DNA of 37,590 nt from Corallochytrium limacisporum Hawaii (Eukaryota > Protista > Pluriformea). The translations under genes and the position numbers were made by a program. Below, piece after piece: positions 31,309-37,590 of this stretch (within the stretch, counting starts at the first letter, position 1; every line of letters starts with the position of its first letter). The notes beneath the pieces were generated by a model. It had not been told where the DNA came from. It did no database searches and saw only the letters and a program-made list of their open reading frames with translations. Where the stretch lies: contig PDIP01000008.1 of NCBI GenBank assembly GCA_002811645.1, forward strand, positions 265,357 through 302,946, written 5' to 3'.

Positions 31309-31785
31309 TTATGTCTGCATGGCATCCCCATCCTCATTGACCTCTGACCCCCCGAGTGCCTTCACTTTGTATGCTTCCCTGCTCAGCACGCCAATAGTGG
31401 TGGCCACACCAAAAAGCTCCACCAAGTCCCGTGTCTCTTGAACAGCAGTATGCAAAGCTTTTCGCTTTTGTTGATATTTCTGAACACAGTCTTCGTGTTC
31501 CTTGTGCAGCAAATCCATGTCCGAGTCTTCCTCCATGTTTTTCTTCACGTCCGCTGCAATATCGTCGCGAATGCGAACAATACAATCCTTGATCGCTTCA
31601 AGAGATCCGTTCATTTGTGTACCTATTTCTGCAATGTTTTCTGTTTCTTCTCTTGCTGCTACATGTTGACCATTGGATAGTTTACTAGACAAATTCCGGA
31701 TGCCATTGATGAGTGACTCCAAAGCTATCTGTACCGCAGCAGTCTGGTCGATGCCTTCTTGGGCAGTATCGCGCACGTCTACCAT
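31309..31785 (-). CDS. Small coiled-coil protein, possibly Mediator subunit MED30-like
   Basis: 158-aa helical ORF with aaaATG start; by-eye resemblance to MED30 segments (see findings). Confidence refers to its being a real CDS; the MED30 call is about 0.4. Confidence 0.7.
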   Translation of the reverse strand: MVDVRDTAQEGIDQTAAVQIALESLINGIRNLSSKLSNGQHVAAREETENIAEIGTQMNGSLEAIKDCIVRIRDDIAADVKKNMEEDSDMDLLHKEHEDCVQKYQQKRKALHTAVQETRDLVELFGVATTIGVLSREAYKVKALGGSEVNEDGDAMQT

Positions 31786-32193
31786 TTTTATCTTGTACTT
31801 ACATGACTATCAACAAATTAATCTTGTATCGCCAAGGCAATCCTTGGCGTGAAGGGTTTTAAGTTTGTTGGATTTAACCTCGAAGTTTCTAAGTGTTTCG
31901 GTTTCGAATACCACTTCGTCAGCTTCCAAGGAAGCAAATCCCGCCCCCATTGGCTCGCTGTGGCGCGCTTGCGAGAGGGAGGACTACACACGTCGAGGTG
32001 AAGCTCTGCTGCGGCTCTCAGCGGGAGGGAGGGCCGCGGGGTTTAGGTACTTGACCTTTGGGAAACCCCCATGTGCTGGCCAGGCCCGGAGAATGGTGAT
32101 ACTTGGAAAATGTGAGCAAGTAACAGGACCCATAAAATTTATGACAGGATGTAGCCCAAGACATAAAGCCTGAGACACCACAAAGTATTGAAT
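31786..32193. promoter_or_regulatory. Bidirectional promoter MED30-like/ZNHIT6
   Basis: 408-bp spacer with a GC-box-like CCCGCCCCC next to ATTGG (reverse CCAAT) and a canonical G4 motif at 32023-32041. Confidence 0.55.
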
Positions 32194-33288
32194 ATGGGTG
32201 AATGTTCCGATGACCTAATGAAGCAATCTGTAACCGGGAATTTGGGGCCTAATGTGTGTAATGTATGTGCTGATCAAGAATCCAAATACCGTTGCCCCCG
32301 ATGCGATACGCGAACATGCTCACTAGCATGCACAAATTTACACAAGAAACAAACAGGGTGTACTGGGAAAAAAGATAGGACACAATTTGTGGCCCTTTCA
32401 GAATTCACTGACCAGCAGCTATCCTCCGACTTTAATTTCCTGGATGAGGTTGGGCGGGTAGTTGCGATCTCGAACAAACGTCCAAGTCCATACTCCAAAG
32501 ATCGAACACTGAAGCAAAGCCATGTGAACGGGTGTGAAGAGACGGATGCTAGTCAGTTTAGGAGTCTACCTCGCAGGTGGAGGCTGCTTAGGACTGCTGC
32601 AGAGGATCGTCAGACTCGTCTGTACTTCACTCCACCGGGCCTATCTCTGAGGACAGCAAACACTTCGTATTACCACAAGAAGTCTGATGAAATTTTCTGG
32701 CGACTAGAGGTATGTTTTAATGTGAGCAGCAGAGGGGGCGCCAAAGACGGGCACGAAGGCTGGAATGAAGAAGCTGCCAAATCAGAGCCGTACGTGTACA
32801 GGGAGAAGTCGGTCTCAGAGAACAGAAGTCTCCTTGAAGAGTTAGGTGATGTGTTTGAAAGCAAGCCAGAGAATGCTCGCCCGCGCCTTCTTTTGCCAGA
32901 GATAGCTGCAGCAGTGGAAAGCAACAGTGTGATGAAGTCGTATGCGGCCATCATTCCAGTTCCTCATCGACCACGGGACCAAACCCTGTATTGGGAACTG
33001 GCGTGGGATAAGCCGATGAAGGAAACCTTGAAGGGATGTGGCATCATTGAGTTTCCTCAGGTTCTGGTAGTGTCCAGGACACGTATTTGTACAACGCAGT
33101 CAGAGACAGCAAGTGAACAACCGAAGGTTCGGTACAAGTTAGCGGAACGCCATCTTCATTGTCTTGCAGCTGAAAACAATTGGGTGGCTACGGAAGCGAC
33201 TGATGGCGGAGTTGGATTACAGTCCGACAATTCGAACCAAAAGTCTGGATTTCAAGATAGCCTTAGTGAAGGTGACCGAAATGCTTAA
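32194..33288 (+). CDS. ZNHIT6: Box C/D snoRNA protein 1 (zf-HIT)
   Basis: zf-HIT CNVC..KYRCPRC..TCSLAC..HKKQTGCTG, then SDFNFLDEV, NTSYY..IFWRLE and IIEFP. ATG at 32194. Confidence 0.92.
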   Translation: MGECSDDLMKQSVTGNLGPNVCNVCADQESKYRCPRCDTRTCSLACTNLHKKQTGCTGKKDRTQFVALSEFTDQQLSSDFNFLDEVGRVVAISNKRPSPYSKDRTLKQSHVNGCEETDASQFRSLPRRWRLLRTAAEDRQTRLYFTPPGLSLRTANTSYYHKKSDEIFWRLEVCFNVSSRGGAKDGHEGWNEEAAKSEPYVYREKSVSENRSLLEELGDVFESKPENARPRLLLPEIAAAVESNSVMKSYAAIIPVPHRPRDQTLYWELAWDKPMKETLKGCGIIEFPQVLVVSRTRICTTQSETASEQPKVRYKLAERHLHCLAAENNWVATEATDGGVGLQSDNSNQKSGFQDSLSEGDRNA

Positions 33289-35344
33289 TAGACCTATCCG
33301 ATGTACACTATATGATACAACAGTACTGTCGTTTCCTCCAGGGAACCGAATGCTGTTGAACGCTTCGTTTGAATTTCATCTATGCGCAGGTTCGTCTTTA
33401 TCACTAAATGACTACGTCACTGACCTACATATCGTTTAGCATGCAAGACATTGTTTCCTAAAGCTGCTTTAGCTCATGTCCCTGGCAAGCAGCGATCATA
33501 GTGATGCCAAACTCCTTCACTTGTGAAAGCTGCACCAAAGGATTAAACACTATTTCCTCGTCAATGGTGACCGGGTCGTCGCAGACAATCTTTCCTTCAC
33601 CCGAATCTCAGATTAGTAGATGCTATCAAGCCCAGCTACGCTTCATCACTCATGTTGGCTTACATTATTACCATCTCCACGGCTTTGCGCCTCACCTTTG
33701 GCTCGCCGTTCTAGACTGTTCCCCGTCCTAACAAGCAGAACGGTTGCCTTGCTGTGTCCCGAGCCTTAAGCAACTGAGCCCAGCCCTAAGAGAACCAAAT
33801 TCACCCGTTCCCTGCAATCAATGGGAGAGTTTCCTGTGGGAATGTGTTTCTGTGCGAGGGAGGTGCCCTCACCTTTGGAAGTAATACTGGCTGGAATGGT
33901 CTCAAAAATCTTGCCGGTCCCGGACACGTCACTCTCTTGACCCGTAACATATCGATCAACGAAGAAACTTTTTTTTTTTGGTCCAGATTCGACTGGAACT
34001 GTCTGCGGAAGGGGCCGATGCGCCGGGACCGGGGTTATGGGGGGGTTAAGGAGAGGAGAATGCAAAAAGAACAACAAAATGACAACAGAGGTACACAGCA
34101 AATGAAACGTGTAGCCTTACACGGGAACCAAAAACCCCCCTCCCGCACTACATGCCGCAGCAGGGAACCAAGTGCCACACAGCCACCAATTTTCCAAATA
34201 TGCAAAAACTCGGTACCATTCTAGGCAGCCATGGCGTGCCCTATCTATGAATAGGGACATCGGCGCTTCCCAAATGAATCCCTAGAATGAGTACAGTAAT
34301 ACGCAAGAGCGTACATGTATGATCCGAGGACGGCTTTAATTGTAGACTTTCGTTTCACGAAAGCGCGCGCAGGACTGGGACTGCGATCGTACAACTGGGA
34401 CGAAGTATAACGCGGGTCTATGTTGACGAAATCGCGCTGCATGCTGCCAGGGACACGCCTTCACTGAAAGTGACCGCCAACAAAGTGTTGGTGCAGCTGC
34501 AGACGCGGAAAGGTCAATACCGTTACGCGGGACCTCCAGCGGGACCATGCACTTCAGACAACGGGGATAACCGATGGCTCAGAACTCGTGATATCAATCT
34601 ACTGGAAATCTATTGCAAAGTCGTACAATGGAGGATGCCCGAGCGAGACGAGCATTGCAAAATGGGGGCGAATACCGCAAAAAATCTCAAAAGCCCCGTA
34701 CGACCGCACGAGAAGCCCCACTATGTATATCGTGCGGCAGAAATTACGTGGTACCGGGAATGTTTGAAAACTACAGGAGGGACAACTAATTTTGCGATGT
34801 CCTGTCTCCAGGTTCACACACCTGTGCAAGAGCTTTCCGGTGTAGTGTTGATAGTTAGGCGGTCGTACAAACCTTAGAAAAGCACTAAAGCAGGGCGATT
34901 TTGCAAGTGAACACAAGTACTAATCCAGGAAAGGGTTCACCCCAAAACCACGAGGACACGACCACGACCTTTTTGATTATATACTAGGGGTGAGAGGGGA
35001 TTGCCACCGGCAAGTGGCAGTTGAACGCAAGAGATAAAATGGAGCAGTCTTGGGGAGGGGAAAGGACGGGAAACCGGAGTGGTGACACCAAGGTGGAAGC
35101 GAAGCATGTCGCTGGAGTTTTTCGCAATGTCATTGATGCGCACAGGTTTATTTAGTGTCATCTTCTGCATCCAAACGTGTTCATTTCACATCCCCAGCGT
35201 TTGCTATAATTTGCTCAGGTGACGACAAGATATGAACTCGGTGGCTCCTGGTACAAAACAATACGGGACTGAAGAAGATATCAGATCTCGCCACCCCTCA
35301 AACGCGTTATACAGACATAGATATCTCTTATAGAACTGTTCATC

Positions 35345-37081
35345 ATGGGCATAAAGCAGTTTTATCATGCCCGAGCCCGGGAATTCAAGGAATTGGTTGA
35401 ACGGCCTGAGAAGGGGCCTATCACTGTGCATGGTCTTGACGAGGACCGTTTCAGCTGGAGGACATTCGCAGCTTTCTTCGGACCGGGGATGGTGATCTCC
35501 ATTGCATACATTGATCCCGGAAATCTTCTTAGTGACATCATCTCTGGTGCTGCTTACAACTATTCGCTGTTGTGGGTCCTTTTTGTGGCTAGCGCTATGG
35601 CTCTGCTCCTACAGATTCTGGCCGCACGGCTCGGAGTCGTGTCCCGGCTGAATCTTGCGGAGGCGTGCCGGATGGAATACGGTGAGCGTACGTTCACTAC
35701 GATTGGACTGTGGATCATGACGGAGATTGTAGTTGTTTGCTGTGATATTCCAGAAGTCATCGGATCAGCATTTGCATTGAAACTTCTGCTAGGGTTCCCA
35801 CTGTGGTTGGGTGTTGTGCTCACCAGTCTTTCGACCATGATGCTCTTGGGTCTTCAGGCCTTTGGCATCCGTAAGATTGAGGCAGTCATTGTGGTGCTTA
35901 TTGCCATCATGGGCGTCTGTTTTATTATCGAAGCAGGGTTGAGTCCGGTGCCTTGGACAATTGGTTCAGCAGACTGTTTGAGCGACGAAGAATGGTATGC
36001 TACTCTTGGTTGCCAAAAGGGCGACGACAACTGTCCTCGTAACTACTGTGGAACCGTGTGGTCTGGCTTCATTCCCATCATCTACCCGGAGCAGCTCTTC
36101 ATTGCTGTCTCTCTCGTCGGCGCTGTAGTTATGCCACACAATCTATACTTGCACAGTGCTCTAATGCAGACACGCCATGTAGACCACAGGAGTCCCGTTC
36201 AGGTGAAGTGGGCAAACTTCTACTGTGCAGTTGAGTGTGCCGTAGGCCTGGTCATTGGCTTCATCATCAATGCCGCAGTCATCATTGCCGCTGGTGCTGT
36301 ATTCTTTCCGTCTGAGCACAACGACTATGCTGTGGTGAATGATGTACTGGATATCGGGTTCCTTGACGCCGGCAGTATGCTTCGGGAATCCCTCGGCAAG
36401 GGGGCGAAAATTTTATTTGGAATTGCTCTGCTTGCAAGCGGCCAAAGCAGTACCATCACGGGTACATTTGCTGGTCAATTTATCATGCAAGGGTTCCTTC
36501 AAATGAAGCTCGAGCCGTGGAAGCGTAACTTGATCACTCGCACGTGTTCAATTATTCCCTCCTTGATCATTACCATTCTTGCGGGAGATCAGGGTGCAAA
36601 TCTTTTGATCCTTATTTCTTCGATTGTGCTCAGCTTCCAGCTTCCCTTTGCTTTGATCCCCTTAATGAAGTTCACCTGTAGCAGGGATATAATGGGCGCC
36701 TTCACGAACAAATGGCCATTGACTGCCTCTGCTGGATTCCTTAGTATAGTTGTGGTTGCCGCAAATGTCTATCTCATTGCAAGCACCATTATTGGCATCA
36801 ACGCCAGCAAAGGCGGGGAGATTGCTATTGATGTTTTCGCCCTTATTGTCGCCGCCATGTATTTTGGCGCTCTTATTTACCTGACCTGGCGTCCACTGAG
36901 TGGTAATGTGAAACCAATCACAGTCCCTGACTCTGACCTTGAAGAAAGCAACATCGAAGGCGCAGATACACAGTCAGTGATTTCTGCTGATGACAAGATG
37001 GGGAACACAGAGCCTGAGAAGCCCGTCTGTGCCGCTTCCCTTGATCCAATCCCCTCACCGTATCAAGACGATACATCCTAA
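35345..37081 (+). CDS. NRAMP/SLC11 divalent metal transporter
   Basis: GPG..SIAYIDPGN, VMPHNLYLHS and the consensus transport motif GQSSTITGTFAGQFIMQGF; about 12 TM helices. Confidence 0.96.
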   Translation: MGIKQFYHARAREFKELVERPEKGPITVHGLDEDRFSWRTFAAFFGPGMVISIAYIDPGNLLSDIISGAAYNYSLLWVLFVASAMALLLQILAARLGVVSRLNLAEACRMEYGERTFTTIGLWIMTEIVVVCCDIPEVIGSAFALKLLLGFPLWLGVVLTSLSTMMLLGLQAFGIRKIEAVIVVLIAIMGVCFIIEAGLSPVPWTIGSADCLSDEEWYATLGCQKGDDNCPRNYCGTVWSGFIPIIYPEQLFIAVSLVGAVVMPHNLYLHSALMQTRHVDHRSPVQVKWANFYCAVECAVGLVIGFIINAAVIIAAGAVFFPSEHNDYAVVNDVLDIGFLDAGSMLRESLGKGAKILFGIALLASGQSSTITGTFAGQFIMQGFLQMKLEPWKRNLITRTCSIIPSLIITILAGDQGANLLILISSIVLSFQLPFALIPLMKFTCSRDIMGAFTNKWPLTASAGFLSIVVVAANVYLIASTIIGINASKGGEIAIDVFALIVAAMYFGALIYLTWRPLSGNVKPITVPDSDLEESNIEGADTQSVISADDKMGNTEPEKPVCAASLDPIPSPYQDDTS

Positions 37082-37086
37082 AGAAA

Positions 37087-37125
37087 CACTCGTTCGTCAC
37101 ACTCGTTCGTCATACTCGTTCGTCA
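37087..37125. repeat. 3 x 13-bp tandem repeat just after the NRAMP stop
   Basis: (c/t)actcgttcgtca repeated three times. Confidence 0.92.
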
Positions 37126-37378
37126 ATAGGCTGTAACCGATAACTAGTAGATATCGTGCAGCCGCAATAGCTCCTATCAAATAACGCACCTATCCATACA
37201 AGTCAACATTCATAACGTACCTTAGCACGGCAGCAGAGCTCTGCTTCTAAGGATAACTAGTAATTATCGTATCACGTCGTATCGTACATCCCAATACAAA
37301 TTTAAGACACGCAATCATTCGCCGATAGATGTCTTCTCTGCAAACGAAATAGCACTCCACCATCCCTGGCTCCTTCAT

Positions 37379-37588
37379 CTACGGGCATTTGGTGGGCCTA
37401 GTAGGCGGGTACGTGTGTAGATCTGGGGTACATACGTTCTCGAGCAATTCACAGTCTTCGTACGCCTTGTTATCACAATTGTTGATGATCATGAAAACAT
37501 CTAAACCCGCTGTCGCAAGACTAGCATGTCCGAATGCGCGACCAGTAAGAAGCACTCTCCAAGAAAATATCACCAATTGGGGCTTTGA
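37379..37588 (-). CDS. Possible C-terminal end of the next gene, truncated by the window edge
   Basis: Frame is open from the window edge to TAG at 37379 and converges on NRAMP as the local strand alternation predicts; no recognisable motif. Confidence 0.3.
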   Translation of the reverse strand, partial: SKPQLVIFSWRVLLTGRAFGHASLATAGLDVFMIINNCDNKAYEDCELLENVCTPDLHTYPPTRPTKCP

Positions 37589-37590
37589 TC

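Noticed and set aside
33607-33650. Minus-strand GTGATGA...CTGA C/D box pair
   Set aside because: Only about 42 nt long with no terminal stem or recognisable guide
34200-35344. Iron-responsive GATA sites upstream of NRAMP
   Set aside because: Only isolated WGATAR hits and no exact ATCWGATAA; not above background
37087-37125. CRISPR-like or transposon-end interpretation of the short repeats
   Set aside because: Contiguous units without spacers; no cas, transposase, TIR or LTR evidence in the window

Overview
Eukaryotic, very gene-dense window with 17 complete genes, each a single uninterrupted ORF, plus a possible C-terminal fragment at the right edge. In order: PSMA1, RPA12, RRP7, OXR1/NCOA7-like, CYB5R4, ABTB1, PI31, MOCS3/UBA4, a PHD-TFIIS-SPOC protein, a DUF2306-like membrane protein, mitochondrial-type ValRS, a 1426-aa orphan, SmB, SPCS1, a MED30-like protein, BCD1/ZNHIT6 and NRAMP. 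Animal-like domain architectures combined with intron-free CDSs suggest a compact unicellular holozoan such as Corallochytrium (inference only). I found no supportable mobile elements, CRISPR arrays, tRNA or rRNA genes. The most interesting signal is non-coding. Genes alternate strand almost perfectly (14 of 16 junctions) and mostly share 0.4-0.7 kb bidirectional promoters with G/C-tract cores. Upstream regions repeat an ordered motif set: G|GTAC(TT), then GATCATG/TGATCA, then TAG|A 3-31 nt before an RNNATG start. This fits introns confined to 5' leaders, trans-splice acceptors or an unusual initiator. Several divergent pairs look functionally matched, and many human orthologues fall in one paralogon, hinting at pre-metazoan synteny. 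All motif counts were made by eye and need computational confirmation.
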